A stretch of DNA of 64,000 bases from an uncultured Actinomycetota bacterium (GCA_964616545.1 CAZTUA010000012.1:18185-82184); one strand, 5' to 3'; positions 17,885 through 29,153 are shown, counted from the stretch's first letter. Numbers and translations are program-made. The notes: generated from the letters alone by a model not told the origin.

Positions 17885-19057
17885 TTACTTCCGGTACAGA
17901 GGAGACATCATTCTTAGGTCTGATACAACTTTCGGTATTACTTCCAGGAAATAATCCACTTCTTCTTTTGTGTTTTCAAAACCCAGTGTGATTCTTAAGG
18001 AGCCATGAGCTTCTTCAGCGGTCAGGCCCATTGCAATTAGAGTGTGTGACGGTTTTAAAGATGAAGAAGAGCAGGCAGAACCGCTTGAAGAAGCAATACC
18101 TGCATGGTCAAGTCTCAGAACTATTGATTCACCCTCTATATATTTAAAGGAAAAGTTGCAGTTTCCCGGAAGCCTTTTTACAGGATGACCGTTAAGCCTG
18201 ACGTCGTCAATTTTACCCGGGAGCTCTTTTATGAGATATTCTCTTAGTTCTGTAATATATGCTATCTTTTTTGAGAGTTTTTTCTGATTTATTTCCGAAG
18301 CTTTTGCCAGACCGGCTATTCCGGGAATATTTTCTGTGCCCGACCTTATTCCCCTTTCATGTCCCCCGCCAAGTATCTGAGGCGTTATTTTTGTCCCCTT
18401 TCTTATGTAAAGAGCTCCTACTCCCTTGGGACCGTATATTTTATGTCCGGAAAGAGACAAAAGGTCAACGTTTAAGCGGTTAACATCCGTTTCTATACTG
18501 GAAAAGCTCTGAACTGCATCAGTGTGGAAAATAATATTATGCTCCTTTAATATTTTTCCTATTTCTTCAACAGGCTGAATTGTCCCAACAATATTATTTG
18601 CATGCATAATGGTTGCCATTATGGTCTTCGGGGTTATAGCCTTTTTTATATCTTCCGGGTCTACAAGACCTGAACTGTCAACAGGGATATAAGTTATACT
18701 GAAACCCTGTCTTGATAATTTCTTCAAAGGCATATGAACTGCAGGGTGTTCAATTTCAGATGTGATAATATGGTTGCCCTTCTTCCTGTAAGATTCTGCT
18801 ACTCCTGCTATTGCAAGATTATCGCTCTCGGTACCGCAGCCTGTAAAAATTATTTCTTCGGGGCCGGCTCCAAGCGATTTTGCAATCACACTTCTTGAGT
18901 GCTCGAGTATTTCCCTGGCCCTCAGGCCGGGAGAGTGAGGTTCAGAAGCATTGCCGTAATAAACCGTGAAGCATTTATTAATTTCATCAACCACTTCAGG
19001 TAAAACAGGAGTGGTTGCGCTGTGGTCAAAGTATATATATTTAAGTTTTTTATTCAT
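17885..19057 (-). CDS. iscS: Cysteine desulfurase (IscS/NifS)
   Basis: YFDHSATTP, HTDAVQ, SGHKIYGPKG (PLP Lys), SSGSACSS (catalytic Cys). Confidence 0.95.
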   Translation of the reverse strand: MNKKLKYIYFDHSATTPVLPEVVDEINKCFTVYYGNASEPHSPGLRAREILEHSRSVIAKSLGAGPEEIIFTGCGTESDNLAIAGVAESYRKKGNHIITSEIEHPAVHMPLKKLSRQGFSITYIPVDSSGLVDPEDIKKAITPKTIMATIMHANNIVGTIQPVEEIGKILKEHNIIFHTDAVQSFSSIETDVNRLNVDLLSLSGHKIYGPKGVGALYIRKGTKITPQILGGGHERGIRSGTENIPGIAGLAKASEINQKKLSKKIAYITELREYLIKELPGKIDDVRLNGHPVKRLPGNCNFSFKYIEGESIVLRLDHAGIASSSGSACSSSSLKPSHTLIAMGLTAEEAHGSLRITLGFENTKEEVDYFLEVIPKVVSDLRMMSPLYRK

Positions 19058-19317
19058 ATTCATATTCTCCTTTTTAAAACAATGTGAGAAAAAACTATCA
19101 CTGATTTTTAATGCTGTCAATTATTTATATAATACCAGATAAACCCGGAATGAAATAATATATTCGCAGGCAGCCGCTAATAATATTTACTATGGACTAA
19201 TATTACAATTTGATATATTAAAATAGTTGATTTATTTGTCAAAGTTAATTAAAATTATTAAAATTATAATCTGTAAAATTTTTAGATATTGTTGTTTTGA
19301 TATGCAGGCAGGATAAA

Positions 19318-20163
19318 ATGCTTAAAAATATATTGCCCTATGTAGATAAAATTCTTAGATATACAAATGAAATATTTATAATCAAGGATAATGAAAATAA
19401 TATTCTTTTTATAAATGATAAGATAAAGGATTACGGCTACCAGCCCGAAAGCCTGACAGGCAAAAATTATTTAACGCTGCTTTCCCCAAAACACAAGGGG
19501 AAAAGATTTAAAGAAATTGTCAATAACAAAAAAGCCTTAAATTATGAGGTAGAATTTCTTAAAAAGAATGGCGGTATTGTCAATGCACTTGCAACTAATT
19601 CCCCGGTCTCAGATAATGATGGGAAAATTTTGTTTGTAGTTTCCACACTTACTGATATAACTTCTTATAAACAGTTGCAAAAAAAACTTACTGAATCGAC
19701 ATATATGGATTATTTAACAGGCCTTTACAATATAAGATATTTATACAAAAGATTGAGCGAAGAGTTAAACAGGGGGAAGAGAAAGAAAGAAGATATTGCC
19801 ATAATAATGTTTGATATTGATAATTTTAAAAAATTTAATGACAGCTACGGGCATGAAAAAGGAAATAGTCTGCTTAAAAGACTGGGCGCCATTATACGCA
19901 AAAACATAAGAAGGGGAGTGGACTTAGGGTTCAGGTTTGGCGGGGATGAATTTCTGATAATTGTGAATCAGGCCGGGGATAATATTGCCTATGAAATTGC
20001 CTCCAGGATAAGAGAAAGCTTTCTAAATCTAGATTATAAAAATCTGGATATTAGTATGGGGATAGAGTATTATTTTAATAATTCTGGTATTAAAAATTTA
20101 ATAGCCAGGGCTGATAAAAAAGTCTATATGGCAAAAAAATCTAATGAGAAAATAGTAAAATAA
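19318..20163 (+). CDS. PAS-domain diguanylate cyclase
   Basis: PAS/PAC region, DYLTGLYN, DIDNFK..ND.YGH, RGVD I-site, RFGGDEF. Confidence 0.9.
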   Translation: MLKNILPYVDKILRYTNEIFIIKDNENNILFINDKIKDYGYQPESLTGKNYLTLLSPKHKGKRFKEIVNNKKALNYEVEFLKKNGGIVNALATNSPVSDNDGKILFVVSTLTDITSYKQLQKKLTESTYMDYLTGLYNIRYLYKRLSEELNRGKRKKEDIAIIMFDIDNFKKFNDSYGHEKGNSLLKRLGAIIRKNIRRGVDLGFRFGGDEFLIIVNQAGDNIAYEIASRIRESFLNLDYKNLDISMGIEYYFNNSGIKNLIARADKKVYMAKKSNEKIVK

Positions 20164-20272
20164 ATACGATAAAATAAATAATTAAGTAAGTCTGTTAAAA
20201 TATAGTTCATTTTAATATAATATGCTCTTAATATTAAAAGAGTTTTTTATTTTGCAAGGAAGATTATCAAAT

Positions 20273-20890
20273 ATGAAGACAGGAGAAAATAATAATTCGA
20301 TAAACAGGGCAGCAAGAATAATATCATATATTTTTGACGGCTCGTTTATTTCGATTCCCATTATACTGACTATATGCTTAATTATTATAGATAATAAGAT
20401 AGAAGCAATAAGCTGGGCTTTTGTATGCCTGCTGTTCGGTACTGTAATACCCTATCTATATATATGTTTCCTTTTCAGGAAAAAAGTAATAAAGGATATG
20501 CATATACCCGTTAAGGAGGATAGAACAAAGCCGCTGCTCCTATCATGTGCAAGCTATGCAGTTTGTCTTGGTGTACTGTATGTCCTGGACGCTCCCCTGT
20601 TTTTAAAATCTTTATTTACGGTGATTGTTGCATCAGCCATTATTTATACAATAATAACTTATTTCTGGAAAATCAGCCTTCACAGCAGCTGGATAACTTT
20701 TATTGTAATTACATTCAATATCCTTTTTGGAAGATGGATGCTGCTTATGATCCCGCTTATTCCCGTAGTGGGGTGGGCACGTGTGAGAATAAAGAAACAT
20801 ACGATGAATCAGGTGATACTCGGAGCAGGTATATCGAGCGTGACAAGTTTTTTAATTTATTACAGCTACGGTTTTATCAGTTTATTCTAA
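20273..20890 (+). CDS. PAP2-like membrane protein
   Basis: WKISLH and WARVRIKKHT..QV..G motifs; multiple TM helices. Confidence 0.7.
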   Translation: MKTGENNNSINRAARIISYIFDGSFISIPIILTICLIIIDNKIEAISWAFVCLLFGTVIPYLYICFLFRKKVIKDMHIPVKEDRTKPLLLSCASYAVCLGVLYVLDAPLFLKSLFTVIVASAIIYTIITYFWKISLHSSWITFIVITFNILFGRWMLLMIPLIPVVGWARVRIKKHTMNQVILGAGISSVTSFLIYYSYGFISLF

Positions 20891-20985
20891 ACAGCAGGCA
20901 GTTTCTGGACAGCGCAAACAATAATTTTTTAAGATTCTCCGTTTCTTTTCTATCCAGTTTTATTATATGTAAATAAGAATATGGC

Positions 20986-21675
20986 TCATAAAAGCTCAAG
21001 AGCTTTATGGGACCAGTAAAAAGCAAATAACTCTATAAATGAAAGCGCCGCAGCTATTATGGAGGGCAGTACCAGATATCCGGACAAAAGCCCGGTTGCT
21101 TTTTTGGAAAAGCATGGAATCAGCAGTATAACCGATAGATTAATAAAATAAAAAGTAAACAGTATTGAAAGAGCAGTTAAATAGAAATAAAAATATCCAA
21201 GAAAGCTAAATCTTGACAGTGTTATCAGAATGAAAAATGTCATAAGCAGAATGCAGGCCATAAATTTAAACGGACTCTTAAAAATTTTTTCAGGTGACGG
21301 ATTTTTATAGTACTGAAATATAAATACCGGGTAGAGTATAATTATAATAGATGACCCGCAAAGCGTGCCTGTTACAAATCTGAGATTATTATTGGTATTA
21401 TAAAGCCCGAAATTTGATGCAATTCCGTCAATGATAAATGACAATAAAAAAAAGGCAAGAATTATAAGGATATAGGCCGGAGGCAGATCGCTTTCTCTCT
21501 TTCTGAACATTATAAATAGAATGATTGCTGTAATAAAGAAACCTGTATAAAAGCCGCAGCATCTGGCGCAGACAGGAAGAATTAAATTTCCAAAAAGGAG
21601 GCTTCTCATAGGAATTTGATGACAGACAGAAAAGCCTATGGTCTCTATTAAAAAACTAATCAACGGTATTTTCAA
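20986..21675 (-). CDS. DUF2085-family membrane protein
   Basis: VCHQIPMRS...PVCARCCGFYTG, NNLRFVTG. Confidence 0.8.
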   Translation of the reverse strand: MKIPLISFLIETIGFSVCHQIPMRSLLFGNLILPVCARCCGFYTGFFITAIILFIMFRKRESDLPPAYILIILAFFLLSFIIDGIASNFGLYNTNNNLRFVTGTLCGSSIIIILYPVFIFQYYKNPSPEKIFKSPFKFMACILLMTFFILITLSRFSFLGYFYFYLTALSILFTFYFINLSVILLIPCFSKKATGLLSGYLVLPSIIAAALSFIELFAFYWSHKALELL

Positions 21676-21860
21676 CCCTTTCCGTATTTAAGGTCACAAT
21701 TAACTTTTAATTTTATTTAAATATTATTACAGATATCAATATGTGCTTTATTAGTATAACTTTTAAATAAAATTATAGTTTTATACCGGCAATATTGGTA
21801 GAATTAATAATATTATTTTTTTATTAACAGGTATTTAAAAAACCAGGGAAAGGTTATTCC

Positions 21861-22520
21861 ATGGTGTATGATTTTCATACTCATACCTTTTTTTCCGATG
21901 GTGTACACAGCCCTATTGAGCTTGTAAGGTTCGCAGTTGCGCAGGGCTACTGCTGTATTGCAATTACCGATCATGGAAGCTATTCAAATCTTGATTTTAT
22001 AATATCCCGGATAAAAAAGGACTGTGAACTGGCAGAAAAATACTGGGATATAAAGGTGATTCCCGGCGTAGAACTAACAAACGTTCCTTCTAAGAGTATA
22101 AATAAAATGGCCAGAGAGGCAAAAGAGCTTGGAGCAAAAATAGTTGTGGTTCACGGCGAAAGCATTATAGAGAGTGTAGAGCCCGGAACCAATTTAGAAG
22201 CGGTTAAATCAGAATACACAGATATCCTGGCTCATCCGGGAATTCTAAAATCAGAGGAAGCAGAGCTGGCTGCAAAAAACAATGTTTTTATAGAAATTTC
22301 ATCCAGAGCCGGCCACAGCCTGACAAACGGGTTGGTGGTTAATGCAGGCAGAGAAGCTGGAGCAAAGTTTTTAATAAACACCGATGCGCACAGCTGCACA
22401 GATTTATTCAGGCCCGGTATGCAGGAAAAAATAGGCCTTGGAGCCGGACTTAAAAAGGATGAAGTAAAAGAGATTTTTGATAAAAATTGCCACGAACTTC
22501 TAAACAAGATAAATTATTAA
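21861..22520 (+). CDS. PHP-family phosphoesterase
   Basis: DFHTHTFFSDG, AITDH, VHGE, LAHPG, NTDAH. Confidence 0.9.
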   Translation: MVYDFHTHTFFSDGVHSPIELVRFAVAQGYCCIAITDHGSYSNLDFIISRIKKDCELAEKYWDIKVIPGVELTNVPSKSINKMAREAKELGAKIVVVHGESIIESVEPGTNLEAVKSEYTDILAHPGILKSEEAELAAKNNVFIEISSRAGHSLTNGLVVNAGREAGAKFLINTDAHSCTDLFRPGMQEKIGLGAGLKKDEVKEIFDKNCHELLNKINY

Positions 22521-22596
22521 ACGGCTCCGGATATAATTGAATTTACTGGTTAATTTTGCCTGTATTTATAGCTCTTTTCTTTATACCAGGCCATTT

Positions 22597-23400
22597 TTAT
22601 AATAAAAACTCATCCATACTTCCCGGCCTGTAACCTTCAAGGTCCAGGCAGATATATTTAAACCCGATATTTTTTAATTTTTTTACAACCTTTACCCTCA
22701 TATTAGGATCAATCATCATAGGCAGTTCTTCTCTGTCCACTTCTATTCTCGCAACAGAGTGATGACATCTCACTCTTACCTGTTTAAAACCGGCTGCACG
22801 GAGAAAAATTTCAGCCTTTTTGATTTTATTTAAAACAGATTCAGAAATTATCGTATCATAGGGCAATCTGGACAGAAGACATGATAAGGAAGGCTTATTC
22901 CAGGTAGGGAGACTCAACTGCTTTGAAAAACTTCTTATCTCTTCTCCGGTCATGCCGGCATCTGCAAGAGGGCTTTTAACTCCCAGTTCCCTTAAGGCTT
23001 TAATACCGGGACGGAAAGTACTGAGGTCATCGTAATTGGTCCCGTCAATGACATAATTAAAGTTAAATTTATTCTTTAGCCGGATTAATTCAATGAAAAG
23101 ATTCTTCTTGCAGTAATAACATCTGTTTTTCGGGTTGTTTTTTAGTTCATTTATTTCAAGCTGATTAAAATTTATAACTATGTGCCTGCACCCCAGATTC
23201 TTTGATATTTTCATTGAATCTTTAAGTTCACTTTCAGGGAATGCGGGAAACCTGGCGGTGACGGCAATAACTTTTACCCCGGGTTCGTTTTTTGCGATAT
23301 TAAGGAGAAAAGTGCTGTCAACACCGCCCGAAAAAGCTAAAACAACGGACTCCATCTTTTTAAGCAGTGTTTTAAGTTTATTAATCTTTTTACCGGTCAC
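22597..23400 (-). CDS. larE: ATP-dependent sulfur transferase LarE
   Basis: AFSGGVDS PP-loop, RCYYCK, DGTNYDD..RPG, SCLLSRLPY, GYRPGSM. Confidence 0.92.
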   Translation of the reverse strand: MTGKKINKLKTLLKKMESVVLAFSGGVDSTFLLNIAKNEPGVKVIAVTARFPAFPESELKDSMKISKNLGCRHIVINFNQLEINELKNNPKNRCYYCKKNLFIELIRLKNKFNFNYVIDGTNYDDLSTFRPGIKALRELGVKSPLADAGMTGEEIRSFSKQLSLPTWNKPSLSCLLSRLPYDTIISESVLNKIKKAEIFLRAAGFKQVRVRCHHSVARIEVDREELPMMIDPNMRVKVVKKLKNIGFKYICLDLEGYRPGSMDEFLL

Positions 23401-23595
23401 AGGATTAAATATTATGTTTTTTATAATCTGTAAAAAGGACTTTTCTTAAAAATATATAAATTGGCCTCTTTTTGCAATAGTATAAGTAAAATGATATTTT
23501 TAAGTTAAAATATAGTTAGCCCGGAATTCATGCAGGAATGTGTTCCGGGGGTTAAAAAATTTTAGATTTCTGACGGTAAAACGGGAGAAAGGAAT

Positions 23596-24771
23596 ATGAA
23601 AAAAGCTTTATATATTGATTGTTTTTCAGGAATAAGCGGTGATATGATGGTAGGCGCACTTCTTGACCTCGGGATTGATATTATTTTTTTAAGGAATGAA
23701 TTAAAAAAAATTGATATTACCGGATACAGCATAACATGCAGAGAAGTAAAAGCCGGACCTATAAAAGCGAAAAAGTTTAATGTGGAAGTAACTGCGTCCC
23801 AGCCGGATAGAAATTACGAAAATATCAAAAAAATAATCGGGGAAAGCAAGTTAAAAACGGCTATTAAGAAAATGTCACTAAATATTTTCAGGCTGATTGC
23901 AGAAGCAGAATCGGCGGTACATGACTGTGAAGCAGACAGGGTGCATTTTCACGAAGTAGGAGCGGTAGATTCCATTATCGATATTGTAAGCACCGCCGTT
24001 TGTATAAATAAATTAAAGATTGAATCCTTTTACAGCAGTAAAATTCCGGTTGGAAGCGGATTTGTAGATAGCTCGCATGGAAGATTACCCGTACCGGCAC
24101 CTGCAACTGTTGAAATTTTAAAGGATGTACCGGTCTATGGGGGCGGCTTTGATTTTGAAGTGACAACTCCCACGGGCGCGGCAATAGTAAAAACTTTTAC
24201 GAAAAGTTTTAGCGGCCTTCCTTATATGGAGATTGATAAGACCGGATATGGAGCAGGGAATAATAGAGGGGGAGAAACTCCCAATGTTTTAAGACTTTTA
24301 GGGGGAATTATTGACGATGAATATGGCCTGAGAGAAGAGAAACTTATAATGCTTTCTGCAAATATTGATGACAGCACTCCTGAGATTATAGGTTATCTTA
24401 TGGAAAGACTATTTAAAAAAGGTGTCCTGGATGCATGGGTAGAATCTATCTATATGAAAAAAAACAGGCCCGCTTTTAAGGTAAGTGCGCTCTGCAGTGA
24501 AGAGTCGGAAAAGGACATAGTAAATATAATTTTGCTCGAATCGACAACGCTCGGCATAAGACGCGAAAAAGTAGAAAGATATTCGATAGAAAGAAAATTA
24601 AAAACTGTCCGGCTGCCTTACGGAGAGGTTAAAGTAAAAGTTGGCATCCTGAAAGGCAGAGAAGTAAACATTGCGCCTGAATTTGGGTCCTGCAGAAAGG
24701 TGGCAGAGGCGACGGGGAAGACACTTAAGGAAGTATATCACGACACTTTTTTATTTTTTTCAAAAAGATAG
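23596..24771 (+). CDS. larC: Nickel pincer cofactor Ni insertase LarC
   Basis: DCFSGISGDM, HFHEVGAVDSI, HGRLPVPAPAT, TPTGAA, MKKNRP. Confidence 0.94.
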   Translation: MKKALYIDCFSGISGDMMVGALLDLGIDIIFLRNELKKIDITGYSITCREVKAGPIKAKKFNVEVTASQPDRNYENIKKIIGESKLKTAIKKMSLNIFRLIAEAESAVHDCEADRVHFHEVGAVDSIIDIVSTAVCINKLKIESFYSSKIPVGSGFVDSSHGRLPVPAPATVEILKDVPVYGGGFDFEVTTPTGAAIVKTFTKSFSGLPYMEIDKTGYGAGNNRGGETPNVLRLLGGIIDDEYGLREEKLIMLSANIDDSTPEIIGYLMERLFKKGVLDAWVESIYMKKNRPAFKVSALCSEESEKDIVNIILLESTTLGIRREKVERYSIERKLKTVRLPYGEVKVKVGILKGREVNIAPEFGSCRKVAEATGKTLKEVYHDTFLFFSKR

Positions 24772-25841
24772 TATTTTAATATTTCCTGCAGTACGGCAAC
24801 GGTTGGTACAGCAATCAAAAGTCCCCAGAAACCAAGTAATACACTGCCTACCATTAAAGAAAAAATTGTAACTCCGGGGTGCACTCCTATCTGATACTTC
24901 AGGATATTTGGGGAAATCAAATAAGCGTCCAGCCATTGAATGGCTATGAAGAACACGATTACAAGTAAAGCTGTAAGGGGTGAAATAAAAAGCGCGGCAA
25001 GTGCAGCCGGTATTGCCCCTATTACAGGACCTACAATAGGAATAATATCAAATATTCCAGCCGCAAAGCCAAGAAGTATTGCAAGATCTACTTTCAATAT
25101 GAGCAGTACGATTGTGCACAGTATTCCCACAACAATTGCTATTAATATTCTTACCCTGAGATACTTCCCGACAATTTTATTGATTATATCCAGTATAATA
25201 TTGGCATGAGTTTTGCATTTCCCGGGTAAAGCTTTTAAAAATATATTTCTAATTTTATCCGCGTGCATAAGGATGTATACACCCAGGAGCGGCACAACTA
25301 TAAAGTAGAGGACAACGTTGACTACCGAACGGCCAAATGTAGTTGCTCTCTGGAAAAAATCAATTTCTCCAAGGTTAAGCCTTCCTATAATAAACTGGGT
25401 GATACCATTAGCGTCTATCGGCATGATTTTTTTGCCGATTACATTTTCAATACTTTTGACAATAGGGCTCCTGCTTAAAAAGTCATTTACAACAACGATA
25501 AAATTGCTCATGTATGACGGTAATTTATTTATGAATATCCTGAACTGGTCAAAAACTATGGGTATGATAAAGAAGAGCATTACAAAAATAATTCCCAGAA
25601 AAATTATATAAACTATGGCAACCGCAAAAATTTTACGCATTTTTTTCTGCAGGAGAGCCACAAAGGGGCTCAGGAGATAGGCAATAATTATGGATATAAT
25701 AAGAGGGATAATAGCCGACCTTATCGTATATATGGTGTAAAAGAAAAGTGCAATGATTAAAAGTAAGCCGATTATTGACCAGCAGAATATCCCGATATTT
25801 TTTATTTTGCTATTGCCATTTAATAATTTTTTAAGTCTCAT
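24738..25841 (-). CDS. AI-2E family transporter (PerM-like)
   Basis: AYLLSP, IPIVGPVIG, IQWLD.YLISP, GVHP, GLLIAVP. Confidence 0.88.
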   Translation of the reverse strand: MRLKKLLNGNSKIKNIGIFCWSIIGLLLIIALFFYTIYTIRSAIIPLIISIIIAYLLSPFVALLQKKMRKIFAVAIVYIIFLGIIFVMLFFIIPIVFDQFRIFINKLPSYMSNFIVVVNDFLSRSPIVKSIENVIGKKIMPIDANGITQFIIGRLNLGEIDFFQRATTFGRSVVNVVLYFIVVPLLGVYILMHADKIRNIFLKALPGKCKTHANIILDIINKIVGKYLRVRILIAIVVGILCTIVLLILKVDLAILLGFAAGIFDIIPIVGPVIGAIPAALAALFISPLTALLVIVFFIAIQWLDAYLISPNILKYQIGVHPGVTIFSLMVGSVLLGFWGLLIAVPTVAVLQEILKYYLFEKNKKVS

Positions 25842-26094
25842 CTTGACTCATTATAATATATTTTTTAAAAAATTATAATTTATTAGGTCAACTAAACGCC
25901 ACTAATTTAAAAATTAAATTGCACAGGAACTTAAATCTAAAATAGCAGCAGAACCGGCAAAAATACACACCTTCTGAATCCTTAAACCTTAAGACGTTGA
26001 TTTTGACTTATTGGTTTATTTAAAATAAAATATTTATTCTCTGGAGTATTTATCTTTTATAAAAATCAACCAGCCGGAAAGGGGCGGAACACCT

Positions 26095-28506
26095 ATGAAG
26101 TATGGTTATTTTAATGACAGAGATAAGGAGTATGTTATTACAAATCCCAGAACACCGGTTAAGTGGATTAATTACATTGGAACCCTGGATTTTGGCGGTT
26201 TTGTGGACCATACAGGCGGCGCATTAATCTGTAAAGGTGACCCGACCTTAAACCGTATTGTAAAATATATACAGCAGATGCCATCCTCGGAATTTAAAGG
26301 TGAGACTCTATACCTGCGGTTCAGGCAGGAGGATGGTTATAAAGTGTTTTCGCCTTTCTTTGTTCCCACACTGGATCCATATGATTTGTATGAATGTCAT
26401 GTAGGTCTTGGTTATAGTCGCATAATATCAGAATTTTACGGACTACGGACAGAGTGCACAATATTTGTCCCCATAAATGACGGAATAGAAATACGCGAGG
26501 TAAAAATAACCAATAAGACAGGAAAAGAGCTGGATATTGATGCAATATGTGTCGTTGAGTATTCACACTTTAATGCCGTGAGACAGTTTGATAATGCTGA
26601 CTGGGCCCCCCAGACGATGCAATCCGAATGCATAAGAGAAAAAGACGGGCTGCTGACCCTGACGCAATATGCTTTTATGCGAAGAGAAACCAATATAAAT
26701 TTTCTAACATCCAATCATCCGGTCTCTTCTTTTGAATCGGACAGGAAACGATTTCTCGGAGACAATGAATACGGAAGCTGGGCAAACCCGCTCTCACTCC
26801 AGAAGGATGAGCTGGAAAGTTATGAAGCACGCAGGGGTGATAATGTAGGCATACTGATGCACCATCTCGGGAACTTTAAGCCGGGAGAAGAAAAAAGTTT
26901 CATTGCTCAGCTGGGGCAGGAGCAGAGTTTTAAAAAGGCATATCCTGTTATTGAAAAATATAGAAAACCTGAATCTATAAAAAGTGCGCTGGGTGAAATT
27001 AAAAGTTTCTGGGATGAATTTTTATCTATAATGCAGGTACAAACACCGGACCCGAATATGAACAGTATGTTAAATATCCAGAATCCCAGGCAGTGTTTTA
27101 TCACCAAGAACTGGTCACGCTATCTTTCATATTACCAGCTTGGACTGGGTACCCGCGGCATTGGTACCCGCGACACTTCGCAGGATATTATGGGGGTAAT
27201 AAGTCACATCCCCCGGGATGCAAAGGAACTGTTAAAAAAGCTTATGATGGTTCAGAGAAAAAATGGGAGTGCCATGCACGGCTTTAATCCTTTAAGCATG
27301 GAAGCATCAACAGGAGAGACTTATGAAATGCCGGACCGCCCGCAGTATTATGGAGATGACCATCTCTGGATCGTTCTTGCAGTAACTGCATATTTAAAAG
27401 AAACGGGAAATATGGATTTTCTAAATGAAGAGATTCCCTATTACGAGAAGAACAGGGAAGGGAAACCCGAAGAGAGCGGGACGGTAATGGATCACATGAA
27501 GAGAGCACTTGATTTTACTAAAAATGATAAAGGAAATCATGGCCTGCCGCTTCTGGGTTTTGCAGACTGGAACGATACTGTTAATTTAAGGACAGGAGCG
27601 GAATCATTATTTAATACACACCTTTATGGAAAAGGGCTTCTTGAGATGATTGAACTCTGTAAATATGCAGGTGATGAAGAATTGGCCGGGGTTTATCAGC
27701 AAGAATATAACAGTGTAAAAGAGGTGTTTAACCGGATATGCTGGGATGGCGAATGGTATATCCGGTATTTTGATTCCGACGGCACCCCGCTCGGTTCACA
27801 AAAAAATGAGCAGGGAAAAATATACTTGAATGCCCAATCCTGGGCAGTAATATCGCGGATGGCTACCGGTAATAGGGCAGAAAAAGCACTGGATTCCGTG
27901 AACAGGTTACTAAACACTTCCAGGGGGATAAAAATTAGCTGGCCCGGTTTCAATGGCTATGACCCTACAAAAGGCGGCATTACCACTTACCCTCCAGGAA
28001 CCAAGGAGAACGGCGGAATATTTTTGCATACCAATCCCTGGGCAGTAATTGCCGAAACCATAATGGGGAATGGCGACCGTGCATACGAGTATTATAATCA
28101 GATAAATCCGGCTGCAAAAAATGATATTATATACGAGTATGAATGCGAGCCCTATGTTTATGCCCAGAATATACTCAGTGACGAGCATCCTCAGTTTGGC
28201 CTCGGGAGAAATAGCTGGTTAACAGGTGCAGCTTCATGGATGTACCAGGCGGGAACAGAGTTCGTGCTGGGTATACGGCCTGCATACCGCGGTCTTGAAA
28301 TCGACCCCTGTATTCCCGGAGAATGGAGCGGTTTTAAAGTCATGCGGAAGTTTAGAAATGCGGTGTATGATATAGAAGTAAAGAACCCGCAGAATGTTAA
28401 CAGGGGAATATCAGTCATTAAAGTGGACGGCGGGGAAATAACCGGCAACATAGTTCCTGTTTTTAAAGACGGCGGCACCCACTCAGTGGAAGTGGTAATG
28501 GGCTAG
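26095..28506 (+). CDS. GH94 glycoside phosphorylase (cellobiose/chitobiose phosphorylase family)
   Basis: MKYGYF..REYVI-type N-terminus, GTRDTSQD, ADWND catalytic motif, ENGGIF, SWLTGAA. Confidence 0.92.
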   Translation: MKYGYFNDRDKEYVITNPRTPVKWINYIGTLDFGGFVDHTGGALICKGDPTLNRIVKYIQQMPSSEFKGETLYLRFRQEDGYKVFSPFFVPTLDPYDLYECHVGLGYSRIISEFYGLRTECTIFVPINDGIEIREVKITNKTGKELDIDAICVVEYSHFNAVRQFDNADWAPQTMQSECIREKDGLLTLTQYAFMRRETNINFLTSNHPVSSFESDRKRFLGDNEYGSWANPLSLQKDELESYEARRGDNVGILMHHLGNFKPGEEKSFIAQLGQEQSFKKAYPVIEKYRKPESIKSALGEIKSFWDEFLSIMQVQTPDPNMNSMLNIQNPRQCFITKNWSRYLSYYQLGLGTRGIGTRDTSQDIMGVISHIPRDAKELLKKLMMVQRKNGSAMHGFNPLSMEASTGETYEMPDRPQYYGDDHLWIVLAVTAYLKETGNMDFLNEEIPYYEKNREGKPEESGTVMDHMKRALDFTKNDKGNHGLPLLGFADWNDTVNLRTGAESLFNTHLYGKGLLEMIELCKYAGDEELAGVYQQEYNSVKEVFNRICWDGEWYIRYFDSDGTPLGSQKNEQGKIYLNAQSWAVISRMATGNRAEKALDSVNRLLNTSRGIKISWPGFNGYDPTKGGITTYPPGTKENGGIFLHTNPWAVIAETIMGNGDRAYEYYNQINPAAKNDIIYEYECEPYVYAQNILSDEHPQFGLGRNSWLTGAASWMYQAGTEFVLGIRPAYRGLEIDPCIPGEWSGFKVMRKFRNAVYDIEVKNPQNVNRGISVIKVDGGEITGNIVPVFKDGGTHSVEVVMG

Positions 28507-28745
28507 CTGCTAATTTGCCGCAATGTGATTCATTTATAAAATTATATACCGCACCTATATTTTATATTCCTGAATCGGGCCTTCAGGTTTAAAACCGGGA
28601 AGGAAAGGTAAAATACATAAGATGCACCGAATTCCCGCCAGGGTGGATATAACGCATCTACGTATTGATTGAAGTGGCATAATAATTGTGATAAAGTTTA
28701 AACTCAAAAATAAAAAACAGGAAAGTATATAAACAGGAAATTATA

Positions 28746-29153
28746 ATGCCGGAAGAATCTATAGCTGCTTATTTTAATAACATCTTGGCTCTTACAACTT
28801 TTATTCTGGTTCTGGCATTTATATTTTCCCTGATATTTCTTATATCACGTATATTAACGGGCCGGAAAAAGCCCGGAAGTGGTAATTTCGGCGGTATTGA
28901 GGTAGAAGAAGCTGCACGGTTTGATAAACGGAATGTCATATCTGATTATAAAGAGGATCCCAACCGGCAGAAAAATATTTTTATTCTGGCAATTATTTTT
29001 ATAATAATAATTTATTTTATATTGCTTGCTCTCTGTATTTTTAATTTTAGCAGAAATCCTTCGGCAAATTTAAATCTATTTTTAATTGTTGGAATAATAT
29101 TTCACCTTATATTAATTACAATATACGTTATCAGATCTAAAATTATAGGTTAG
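28746..29153 (+). CDS. NuoA-like subunit (highly diverged)
   Basis: Three TM helices with a long first loop; first gene before nuoB; YECG loop motif absent. Confidence 0.65.
   Translation: MPEESIAAYFNNILALTTFILVLAFIFSLIFLISRILTGRKKPGSGNFGGIEVEEAARFDKRNVISDYKEDPNRQKNIFILAIIFIIIIYFILLALCIFNFSRNPSANLNLFLIVGIIFHLILITIYVIRSKIIG

Noticed and set aside
23516-23555. Hairpin TTAGCCCGGAA...TTCCGGGGGTTAA in the larC leader as a possible nickel riboswitch
   Set aside because: Single imperfect stem built on the genome-wide CCGG motif; no NiCo four-way junction evident.
28686-28703. Rex-like site TTGTGATAAAGTTTAAAC upstream of the nuo-like operon
   Set aside because: Only the left half matches TTGTGAA-n4-TTCACAA; too weak in AT-rich DNA without a PWM scan.
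28715-28746. 16-bp tandem duplication AAACAGGAAA(G/T)TATA before nuoA
   Set aside because: Only two copies; most simply a local duplication of the ribosome-binding region.
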